Under the pieces are notes generated by a model that saw nothing but the letters and a program-made list of their open reading frames with translations, was not told where the DNA came from and did no database searches. This document shows, piece after piece, positions 1-8,384 of a stretch of DNA of 64,000 nucleotides (positions are counted from its first letter, which is position 1; the number at the start of each line of letters is the position of its first letter). The DNA comes from a bacterium (GTDB taxonomy: Bacteria > SZUA-182 > DTGQ01). A program made the translations under genes and the position numbers. The stretch spans positions 64,561 through 128,560 of the forward strand of contig JBFLZW010000031.1 in NCBI GenBank assembly GCA_040755755.1, in the 5' to 3' direction.

Positions 1-695
1 TTCTGCGCCGTTATGTTCCCGGATTTGAAAAGGCTCACATCGCCCAGAGCGGATCTACAATTGGCGTGCGGGAAACTCGCAGAATCATGGGAGAATATCA
101 ACTGACGATCGACGATATTCTGACAGCACGAAAGTTTGACGATGTCATTGCCCGGGGCTCCTACCCGATCGATATCCATAATCCGGACGGGGCTGGAACC
201 ACCTTGAAGCAGCTTCCCCCCGGCGAGGCATACGATATCCCGCTGCGCTGCCTTATTCCCCGGGGAACGGAAAACCTCCTGGTTGCCGGGCGATGTATCT
301 CCGGGACGCATGAGGCGCACTCCTCCTACCGGGTCATGCCCATTGCCATAGCCACCGGCCAGGCAGCCGGGGTGTGCGCTGCCATCGCCGCCCGTGCAGG
401 CAGGGCTGTACGGGACATCCCCACCTGGGTCGTGCAGGATGAGCTTATCCTCCAGGGAGCCAATCTGGGTGCTGGACTGGAGAGCGACGCTGTGGTGGGC
501 GATGTGATGATACATGAGGAGATTAATGAGAAGCCTCAGGTGAGAACCGGTGAAGAGAACGCTCTGGAGTCCGGGGGGAAAGAGATATGCCTGGTAGGCA
601 GCGAAAAAGAGATATACCCGCTCGACGGTGATATCAGAAAAGTTGAGGCAGATGATATTCTTGTTGAGCCAGACGTTGACGCAGATAAATGGTAA
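1..695 (+). CDS. FAD-dependent oxidoreductase, C-terminal part (partial; continues upstream of window)
   Basis: Frame of ORF 66..695 is open back to base 3. Gly-rich FAD-binding-like C-terminus (AIATGQAAG...). N-terminus lies outside the window. Confidence 0.55.
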   Translation, partial: LRRYVPGFEKAHIAQSGSTIGVRETRRIMGEYQLTIDDILTARKFDDVIARGSYPIDIHNPDGAGTTLKQLPPGEAYDIPLRCLIPRGTENLLVAGRCISGTHEAHSSYRVMPIAIATGQAAGVCAAIAARAGRAVRDIPTWVVQDELILQGANLGAGLESDAVVGDVMIHEEINEKPQVRTGEENALESGGKEICLVGSEKEIYPLDGDIRKVEADDILVEPDVDADKW

Positions 696-1172
696 TAAGC
701 AATGGAGCCTCACATTCTCAGGATGGAAACTTTGTGGTTCAGATCGAAACAGATGGGCGCTCTGTCCCTGAATAGTTCCGAATGGGGGAGAAATGCCGGG
801 AGAGAGGGGTTAGGCTATTGTCCCTCTCCCGGCATCTCCCATCAGGGAGTATGGTGGCGCTCCCGGGAAATTGCAGCCTGACCCCCGATTATGAAACCGA
901 GGGGCCAAGCTGTGCTGGGGATGGAGAAGGCGAGACCACCGGCCCAAAGGGGTCCTGCCTGTTTCTTCTGAGCCGCTGTAAGTCAACAAGTTTCTTGATC
1001 CCCCCGGAAATCCTCGATGGTCCCGCACCTGGGAGTTGTGGCTTACTGCTTCCGGTGTCTGTTCTCATGCCTGTTGTTCCTCCCTATCGAGGAATTCCGA
1101 GGGGTTCCGATGGCATAACCTGGTATTTTCTATGTACTGAAGCTCAATTCTTCACTTTACTGTTTCTTATTA

Positions 1173-1535
1173 TTACCTGCCCTGCAATCTCCTGCACCTT
1201 CTCAGGCAGCCTGGCATAGCCATTGCCGGATTGGGTAGATTACCTGCAAGATAGGCCGAAATGACATCCTCGGCTTCGCCGGCGATGAACGGTATTATCC
1301 GGATGCCGTATGCTGCCAGTAAGTTGGACAGACATCGGGAAATGGCTCCGCAGAGCAGCGTTTCCACTTTCATGTCAGCCAATCTGCCTGCCCTTCGAAG
1401 CGGATCATTGTCATCCAGTACCTGCCTGTTTCTGGCGATAACGGTTCCATTCTCGATGTCCAAAATAAGGATCTGCCGGGATACATCGAAAACCGGCGAA
1501 ACCCTTCCATTCCAGATTGCCAGGGCTGTTCTCAT
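1173..1535 (-). CDS. NifX/NifB-type dinitrogenase FeMo-cofactor biosynthesis domain protein
   Basis: 120 aa with the fold signature of small NifX/NafY-like proteins (ILDIENGTV..., GIRIIPFIAGE...). RBS GGAGAG lies upstream. Confidence 0.65.
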   Translation of the reverse strand: MRTALAIWNGRVSPVFDVSRQILILDIENGTVIARNRQVLDDNDPLRRAGRLADMKVETLLCGAISRCLSNLLAAYGIRIIPFIAGEAEDVISAYLAGNLPNPAMAMPGCLRRCRRLQGR

Positions 1536-1568
1536 GGTGCATTCTCTCCAGTATCACTTCCGAAGAGT

Positions 1569-1588
1569 AAGCATCTGATGTGCCAGCT
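1569..1588 (-). promoter_or_regulatory. sigma-54 (-24/-12) promoter upstream of the nifX-like gene
   Basis: Minus strand reads cTGGCACatcagaTGCtt, i.e. TGGCAC-N5-aTGC with GG and GC at canonical spacing, about 35 bp upstream of ATG 1535. Confidence 0.5.
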
Positions 1589-1735
1589 TGAGGAGAATAC
1601 AAAACGAGGCAGGTAAGTAAAGCAATTACAAATGGTTCACAAGTTTTTTACTGACTGGTAAGGCATCATGCGCTGTCTTTTCAGTCGCAGGGATGCGACC
1701 CTATGCACGAATGAAGTTGCTTCTCTGCTACTGTG

Positions 1736-3133
1736 CTACTGCTCGAAGCGATGGCGTCCATCTTTTTCAGGAAGGATAATGCCGAGCGCCTTGATCTTGC
1801 GAAACAGGGTGCTCTTGTGCATACCCAGCTCACGCGCTGCCGCCAGACGGTTAAAGCGGTTTCGCTGGAGAGCTTCCCGGATTGCCTGGGCTTCGACCGT
1901 CCGGATAGCGGTAGTTATTTCGCCCGCACTGGAAGGCAGGGGATCGCGGGCGATGAATTCATCCGGGAGATGGCAGAGCTCGATCCGGTCCTGATCGCAG
2001 AGAACAAAGGCATATTCGATGATATTTTCCAGTTCGCGGATATTGCCGGGATAGTCGTGGGCCATAAGAAAGGCCATTACCTGCGGGCTGACGCCGGGGA
2101 TGGATTTACCCTGCGTGCGGTTGAATCGCGATACGAAATGCTCCACCAGAAGAGGGATATCCTCTTTGCGTTTTCGCAAGGGAGGAAGATCCATCCTGAC
2201 CACGTTGATCCGATAGTACAGATCCTGCCGGAAAGCACCTTTCTTGACCTGTGCGGCAAGGTTGCGGTTGGTGGCGGCGATCACCCGGACATTGGCTTTT
2301 ACGGATGCCGTACCACCGAGGGGTTCATAGACTCTTTCCTGCAATACCCGCAGCAGCCGGATCTGCAAAGCCTGACTCACCTCGGCGATTTCATCCAGAA
2401 AGAGCGTCCCCCCTTCGGCCAGGGCAAAACGGCCTGGTTTATCTTTATCCGCTCCGGTGAAAGCACCTGCCTTGTAGCCAAAGAGCTCCGATTCCAGAAG
2501 GGTATCGGGCAGCGCACCGCAATTGATGGCCACGAAGGGGTTATTGCGCCGGGGGCTGAGATTGTGCAGCGTGCGGGCCAGAAGCTCCTTGCCGGACCCT
2601 GTCTCTCCCTGAATGAGGACGGTACTGTCACTTGCCGACACCTGGGGCAGGACATCGAATATCCTGCGCATCGAGGTGCTGCGGCTCACCAGGTCACCCG
2701 CCTGGAAGCGGCCTTCCAGTTCTTTGCGAAGCTCCTCGACCAGGCTCAGGTCACGGAAGGTTTCCGCACCACCGATTACCTGCCCCCTTTCGTTTCGCAA
2801 AAGAGCCGTAGACAGACTGATGGGAATGCGCCTTCCTCCGGCATCAACGATAAAGGCGGACCTGTTGATGATCGGAATTCCCGTTTCCAGGGTGCATCGC
2901 AGGGCACAATCCACTTCGCACATGCTGGAGCGAAAGACCTCCGAGCACAGCCTGCCGATGGCTTCCTCGCGGTCAATCCCCATGATTTCCTCCGCGGCAC
3001 GGTTGAAGGAGGTAATCCGCCAGCTACTGTCCACGGTAAATACCCCGTCGGAAATACTCTCCAGGATGATTTCAGTCGGGTTGGAAGTACTCTGTTGTAT
3101 CGTTATTTTGCTCTTTTCATGCAGCTTTCTCAT
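1736..3133 (-). CDS. sigma-54-dependent transcriptional regulator with N-terminal PAS sensor
   Basis: PAS-like N-terminus. Walker A GETGSGKE, GAFTGA motif (KAGAFTGA), and a C-terminal Fis-type HTH. The longer antisense ORF 1733..3547 has no motifs. Confidence 0.9.
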   Translation of the reverse strand: MRKLHEKSKITIQQSTSNPTEIILESISDGVFTVDSSWRITSFNRAAEEIMGIDREEAIGRLCSEVFRSSMCEVDCALRCTLETGIPIINRSAFIVDAGGRRIPISLSTALLRNERGQVIGGAETFRDLSLVEELRKELEGRFQAGDLVSRSTSMRRIFDVLPQVSASDSTVLIQGETGSGKELLARTLHNLSPRRNNPFVAINCGALPDTLLESELFGYKAGAFTGADKDKPGRFALAEGGTLFLDEIAEVSQALQIRLLRVLQERVYEPLGGTASVKANVRVIAATNRNLAAQVKKGAFRQDLYYRINVVRMDLPPLRKRKEDIPLLVEHFVSRFNRTQGKSIPGVSPQVMAFLMAHDYPGNIRELENIIEYAFVLCDQDRIELCHLPDEFIARDPLPSSAGEITTAIRTVEAQAIREALQRNRFNRLAAARELGMHKSTLFRKIKALGIILPEKDGRHRFEQ

Positions 3134-3151
3134 GGCATGTACTATCCTTCA

Positions 3152-4141
3152 TCAAGGGCTGAAAAGAAAAAGGCGGCGGATCCGCTTCCACAGCTTTTTT
3201 TTCCTGATCTCACGGATAGCCTGGCGGGCGGCCTTCTCTCCTTCCTGGATACATTCTCTGGCCCGGGAAAAATCAGCCCAGTTAAACTCTCCCACTCTTG
3301 GGCAGATCAGCACATCAGCCTCCCGCAGTTGGTTATTCCGCAGGGAAAACAGGGTGATATCATAGGAGCGCATGACCACGTCGAGCCCGCTCTTCAAAGA
3401 ATGCAGGGGCTTCAACCGGCTCTTGCCCACGTTGCAGGCTATGACCAGATCAGCTCCCAACTGGCGGGACGCATGGATGGGAACCAGACTGATGCAGCCC
3501 CCGTCAACCAGGGTTCTCCCGCCAATGCAGACCGGCGGCAGGATTGACGGTATGGCACAGGAGGCGGCGACAGCTTCCCGGATAAGCCCCTGACTTAAAA
3601 TGATTTCCGTGCCTGATTCGATATCCGTGGCTACCAGATAGAGGGGTATACGGCTCTCCTGAAACCTGGCCTCACCAAAAAGATACGAGCTGTTCTCCCG
3701 GACAACGTCGGGAGAAATAAACGACAGCCTGGTCAATGACCGGCTGAAGAAAATACCCTTTTCCAGTAAGCCGGTGGGGATGACAGGCAGCAGCCATTTC
3801 CTGGGCTTGTTCCCGCTCTCCTCTGCACCCTCCCTGATAAAAGAATCTATCCGGAGTTTTTTAAACGGCTCGCTCTCGAGATACTCCAAAACTCTCTTCT
3901 CAAGACTGTCAGCCCTCGGGTCCAGAGCATAGAGCCCGCCGATAATGGCACCGATGCTGGTACCGACAAGCAGGTCGAATTGGAACCTCTCCTCTTCCAG
4001 CACCTTGAGAACCCCGATATGGGCCAGCCCCCGTGCAGCTCCACCTCCCAGGGCCAATGCAATTTTCATAGCCATCGATCGCTTTTCGAGCCAGCGGTTT
4101 GCTTGTTTATTTCTGGTTTTTGAGCCGCTTTTCCCGGTCAA
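3152..4141 (-). CDS. patatin-like phospholipase
   Basis: GGGxRG oxyanion motif (ALGGGAARG) and GTSIG nucleophile elbow. The true start is probably the internal MAMK codon near 4075, because the ORF overlaps the upstream gene by 35 bp. Confidence 0.8.
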   Translation of the reverse strand: MTGKSGSKTRNKQANRWLEKRSMAMKIALALGGGAARGLAHIGVLKVLEEERFQFDLLVGTSIGAIIGGLYALDPRADSLEKRVLEYLESEPFKKLRIDSFIREGAEESGNKPRKWLLPVIPTGLLEKGIFFSRSLTRLSFISPDVVRENSSYLFGEARFQESRIPLYLVATDIESGTEIILSQGLIREAVAASCAIPSILPPVCIGGRTLVDGGCISLVPIHASRQLGADLVIACNVGKSRLKPLHSLKSGLDVVMRSYDITLFSLRNNQLREADVLICPRVGEFNWADFSRARECIQEGEKAARQAIREIRKKKLWKRIRRLFLFSP

Positions 4142-4469
4142 TGCGGGCTACCTGCTCCCGCACTGCCTCTGGCGGCGACCAGGACAAAAACATTCGTAAG
4201 CCAAGGATCAGTACAATAATGTCATCAATCCCCCCGATCACGGGTATGAGAAAACCCGGTATCAAATCGATAGGGCTGATGATATACAGGAAAATCCCTG
4301 CCAGGAATAATTTCAGATACACAGGGACCCGGCTATCCAGAAACAGGCGGTAAAAGAGCTTGAGAAAATCCGGCAGATGCCAGAGAAGCCGGAAGAGGTG
4401 CAAGGGATTAAGCAGTTGTAAACCAAAGGGATTTTCCAGCAATTTTTGCTCCTCTCCCCATATGATCAC
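4107..4469 (-). CDS. DUF1232/YkvA-family small membrane protein
   Basis: 120 aa hydrophobic protein with the GIDDIIV-type motif of the DUF1232 family. It overlaps both neighbours, so operon organisation is likely. Confidence 0.6.
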   Translation of the reverse strand: MIIWGEEQKLLENPFGLQLLNPLHLFRLLWHLPDFLKLFYRLFLDSRVPVYLKLFLAGIFLYIISPIDLIPGFLIPVIGGIDDIIVLILGLRMFLSWSPPEAVREQVARIDREKRLKNQK

Positions 4470-5755
4470 TCCCCTGCTCCGGCAAGGTTACGGCCTATGT
4501 AACGCTGCATCTCCTCTTCTCCTTCAGTATGTATATGGCCTTTGAGATAAAGATTCCAGTGGAGAGCAGCCTGCTCTTTTTTGCCCTGCTTCTCATAGGC
4601 CATGGCCAAGGCAGCCCGGCATTCCGGGTAATCGGGATTGATGGCCAGCGCCTTTTCAAACTCTCCCACAGCATCCGGCATATTTCCCTTCTCGGCATAG
4701 AGAGTCCCCAGATAGTAATGAAGGTCCGGATAATGAGGCTGAGCAGCAATTGCCTTGAGTATCATACTGATACTCTGATCGATCTCTCCCGCTTTCAGGT
4801 AAGTCAGGGCCAGGCTGATCATCGCCTGGACATAGCCGGGATTGATCTTGAGAGATTTGAGAAAGGTTTCGATAGCCCGCTGATGGAGACCCTTTTTAGC
4901 GTAATACATCCCAAGCTGATAGTGAAGGTCTGCATAGTTTGGATTTACCAGTACGGCCTTTTCGTAAAACAGGATGGTATTGGAGATAATGTCGTCGCCT
5001 TCAGTCAGTTGAACCGACGGGCCAAGAAGAGGCCGAGAGACATCAATTGGTGGAGCGGCAAAAACCCTTGAAAATTCTTCGAGTAATTTCTGATTGCAGT
5101 CGGTCTTCCGAAGCTCGCCGCCCCGGTCAGACAGGGAGCATTCCTCGATAAGGGCCATTTTTATCCTGGCTTCCCGGTAATGAGGATTAACTTCGAGCGC
5201 CTTCTGGAATTCCTTCATGGCTGCATTGAACCGGTGGGCAAGACCATGAATCGAACCAAGCAGGTAGTAGAAATCAGCATAGCGGGGATTAATTTCCAGG
5301 GCTTTCCGGTAGCATTCCGCGGCCTCGTTCAGGCGGCGGAGCTTAACATAGGTAAATCCCAGAAGGGAAATAGCCGCCGTATAGCGGGGATTGATTTCCA
5401 GCGCCCTGCGAAGCTCCTGTTCCGCCCGGTCAAATTCCCCAAGAGAGCACAAGCACTGTCCCAGATGGTAGTGAATGTCCGCGTAGTTGCCGCTGATCCG
5501 CGCGGCAGCAGCCAAATGCTCCACTGCCTTGTCGTACATCCCCAGGTGCTCGTATGCAAACCCCAGGTGCAGATAGGATTCCTTCAGATAAAAGAGAGAA
5601 AAGGTATGGAAAATACCTGCTTTTTTAGGCTGGGAAATGATTCTGCTGAATCCCTCGATAGCCTGTTCGAAATTTCCCTGCTCATAATGCCCGAGGGCTT
5701 GAGAATAGATGCTATTCTGGCCAAGAAACGGGAACTTGCCAACGATCTGGTTCAT
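4466..5755 (-). CDS. tetratricopeptide repeat (TPR) protein
   Basis: At least eight tandem TPR units (repeating A..Y..A..INP.Y pattern) across 429 aa. Confidence 0.8.
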   Translation of the reverse strand: MNQIVGKFPFLGQNSIYSQALGHYEQGNFEQAIEGFSRIISQPKKAGIFHTFSLFYLKESYLHLGFAYEHLGMYDKAVEHLAAAARISGNYADIHYHLGQCLCSLGEFDRAEQELRRALEINPRYTAAISLLGFTYVKLRRLNEAAECYRKALEINPRYADFYYLLGSIHGLAHRFNAAMKEFQKALEVNPHYREARIKMALIEECSLSDRGGELRKTDCNQKLLEEFSRVFAAPPIDVSRPLLGPSVQLTEGDDIISNTILFYEKAVLVNPNYADLHYQLGMYYAKKGLHQRAIETFLKSLKINPGYVQAMISLALTYLKAGEIDQSISMILKAIAAQPHYPDLHYYLGTLYAEKGNMPDAVGEFEKALAINPDYPECRAALAMAYEKQGKKEQAALHWNLYLKGHIHTEGEEEMQRYIGRNLAGAGE

Positions 5756-5970
5756 AGGATGAACTATAGAGTATCACCGGAAAAAAGTCAAGAGGAGGAG
5801 TCGGGATCAGCAAAAAGTTCAATATTCACCCGTTCGTAGTATAAATATGTTGGCCATTATGTCAGCCACCGGATTCATTCTCTGTCATTCCCGCCTCCGC
5901 TGGAATGACGGGATTGGAGGCTTGTGAGAGGTATTGGGTGGGGCAAGAGCCTGGAAGTACCTAAGATATT

Positions 5971-6089
5971 TGGTAGACACAAGCCCCACCCTCCATTCTA
6001 CATTTAAGGTCAAGAAGAGCAATAGCTCAACACCTCTGGGTTTGTATCCCACCGAACACCTTGAATGGAGGGTGGGGCTTGTACCTACC
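5971..6089. repeat. 27-bp inverted repeat (2 mismatches) with 64-bp spacer in the long intergenic region upstream of glgE
   Basis: Arms are tggtagacacaagccccaccctccattc (5971-5998) and gaatggagggtggggcttgtacctacc (6063-6089). A smaller inverted repeat gtcattcc/ggaatgac sits just upstream, about 5895-5925. Confidence 0.5.
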
Positions 6090-6383
6090 GGACCCCATAT
6101 CCTCCCATGCCCTGTAGCCCCACCGGATACCTGATAAATGAGAGCTCCAATTTGCGTTTGACCGAATAGTATCCATAGCGAACCTGCCGCTCTCTGTGTC
6201 TCTATGGTGTCCTTATGTCTTTGCCTTTGCCTCTGTCTTTGTCTTTCTTGAGTAATTGCTCATTGAAATAGTAATAATAGGGTTGATTTGGCCGAAGAGA
6301 TTTGGTAAGGTAATGTGTAAGCAATTTAAGCTGAAAATGAACATAATTATCATCTTTTTCCGCACTTAAATTGAGTAATTATT

Positions 6384-8375
6384 ATGCCTGATGAAGGAAG
6401 AAAAAGAGTCAGTATCGAGGGGGTCAAGCCGGAAATCGACGGCGGACGTTTTCCAATTAAAAGAGTTGCCGGAGAAAAGGTCATCGTGCAGGCGGATATC
6501 TTCGCCGATGGGCATGACTCGATTTCAGCCAATCTTTTATACCGCAAAGGAGCTGAAACCGACTGGCAGGAGACTCCCCTGCAATTCCTGGTCAATGACC
6601 GGTGGCAGGGAGAATTTGTGGTTGACGGTCCGGCTGTCTATTTCTACACGATCGAAGGCTGGATCGATCACTTCAAAACCTGGCAGAAAGACCTGAGAAA
6701 GAAATTCGAGGCCGGACAGGACTTACGGGTAGATATCCTCATCGGTATCGAACACCTTGAATCGGCCGCGAAGAGGGCTCCGGCGAGCGAAGCCGCAAGG
6801 CTCCTCGAATTTGCCGGTATTTTCAGAAACGCGACGGATGTTCAGACAGTGGTCTTGGCCGCTCTTGGCCGTGAGCTTGGCGAATTGATGGCCCAAAATC
6901 CCGACAAAAAATTGTCTACCCGCTACGGGCGGGAGCTCGAGGTTGTGGTCGATCGAAAGCGCGCTCTGTTCAGCTCCTGGTATGAGCGGTTTCCCCGCAG
7001 TTGTTCCCCGCAGCCTGATCGTCCGGGAACCTTGCGGGATTGTGAGCAGCTCATTCCGGAAATAGCCAAAATGGGCTTTGATGTTTTCTACCTTCCTCCC
7101 ATTCATCCGATATCCGAAACCAGCCGCAAAGGCAGAAACAATTCGCCGAACGCCAGTCCAGGTGATGTCGGCAGCCCCTGGGCTATCGGATCAAAGGAAG
7201 GGGGGCATCGGGCGATTCACCCTCAGCTTGGGACGATGGAGGATTTTGAACGGCTGCTCAGGAGGGCTGAAAGCTTTGGAATAGAGATCGCCATGGATCT
7301 GGCCTTCCAGTGCGGCTGCGACCATCCTTACGTTCAGGAGCACCCTGAGTGGTTCAGATGGCGGCCTGACGGCACGGTTCAGTATGCCGAGAATCCTCCC
7401 AAAAAGTATGAGGATATCCTCCCGCTCAATTTTGAAACAGCCTCCTGGCAGATGCTCTGGGAGGAGCTGAAGGGGGTGGTGCTGTTCTGGATCGGGAAGG
7501 GAGTGCGGATCTTCCGGGTCGATAATCCCCATACCAAACCCTTTCCCTTTTGGGAGTGGCTGATCAGGGAAATTAAAAGGGATTACCCCGATGTTATTTT
7601 CCTGGCCGAGGCTTTCACCCGGCCAAAGCTCATGCAGCGCCTGGCCAAGCTTGGATTTACGCAAAGCTACACCTATTTCACCTGGAGAAACAGCCGGCAT
7701 GAGTTGACCGCCTATCTCGAGGAACTGACTAAGACCGACATGGCCGAGTATTTCAGGCCGAACTTCTGGCCCAACACACCGGACATTCTCCCTGAGCACC
7801 TCCAGTATGGGGGAAGGCCGGCCTTTATCATCAGGCTTGTTCTGGCGGCAACCCTTTCTTCCAGCTATGGCGTCTACGGGCCTGCCTTTGAGCTGTGCGT
7901 GAGCGAGGGCCTGCCAGGCAGGGAAGAGTATGCGAACTCGGAAAAATACGAGATTAGATACTGGGGGGATTTGAGCCGGCAGGCGGGAAACCTGCGGGAT
8001 TATCTGCGCAAGATCAACAGTATCAGGAGGGATAACCCGGCTCTGCAGACTACCCGGAACCTGCAATTTTACGAAACGGAGAACGAGTATCTCATTGCCT
8101 ATGGGAAGGCCACCGATGACCTTTCCAATATCGTCCTGGTGGTGGTCAACCTCGACCCCTTCCATATCCAGTCCGGATGGGTAAAACTTCCCCTCTCCCA
8201 ATTCGGCATAGGCCCGGACCAGCCATACCTGGTTCACGATCTGATCAGCGAGATCAAATATATCTGGTATGGCGAGAGAAATTATATAGAGCTTAATCCC
8301 AATCTTCTTCCTGCACATATTTTGAGAATCAGGAAGAGGCTGAAAAGAGAAACCGACTTCGATTATTTCGTGTGA
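6384..8375 (+). CDS. glgE: alpha-1,4-glucan:maltose-1-phosphate maltosyltransferase
   Basis: N-terminal GlgE-specific domain (IDGGRFPIKRV...ADIFADGHD) followed by a GH13 catalytic core. 663 aa is typical length. Confidence 0.85.
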   Translation: MPDEGRKRVSIEGVKPEIDGGRFPIKRVAGEKVIVQADIFADGHDSISANLLYRKGAETDWQETPLQFLVNDRWQGEFVVDGPAVYFYTIEGWIDHFKTWQKDLRKKFEAGQDLRVDILIGIEHLESAAKRAPASEAARLLEFAGIFRNATDVQTVVLAALGRELGELMAQNPDKKLSTRYGRELEVVVDRKRALFSSWYERFPRSCSPQPDRPGTLRDCEQLIPEIAKMGFDVFYLPPIHPISETSRKGRNNSPNASPGDVGSPWAIGSKEGGHRAIHPQLGTMEDFERLLRRAESFGIEIAMDLAFQCGCDHPYVQEHPEWFRWRPDGTVQYAENPPKKYEDILPLNFETASWQMLWEELKGVVLFWIGKGVRIFRVDNPHTKPFPFWEWLIREIKRDYPDVIFLAEAFTRPKLMQRLAKLGFTQSYTYFTWRNSRHELTAYLEELTKTDMAEYFRPNFWPNTPDILPEHLQYGGRPAFIIRLVLAATLSSSYGVYGPAFELCVSEGLPGREEYANSEKYEIRYWGDLSRQAGNLRDYLRKINSIRRDNPALQTTRNLQFYETENEYLIAYGKATDDLSNIVLVVVNLDPFHIQSGWVKLPLSQFGIGPDQPYLVHDLISEIKYIWYGERNYIELNPNLLPAHILRIRKRLKRETDFDYFV

Positions 8376-8384
8376 GGAAGGGAA

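Noticed and set aside
782-1219. 145-aa ORF in the intergenic region after the oxidoreductase gene
   Set aside because: Cys/Pro/Gly-rich and low-complexity, with no RBS. It overlaps a REP-like hairpin and a second ORF on the opposite strand, so it is probably spurious.
1733-3547. 604-aa plus-strand ORF overlapping the sigma-54 activator gene
   Set aside because: It lies antisense to an ORF with unambiguous Walker A, GAFTGA and HTH motifs. It has no recognisable motifs of its own and a Gly/Ala/Arg-rich composition typical of a shadow ORF in GC-rich DNA.
5934-6134. 66-aa ORF across the 27-bp inverted repeat upstream of glgE
   Set aside because: It exists only because the palindromic sequence lacks stop codons. 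There is no RBS.
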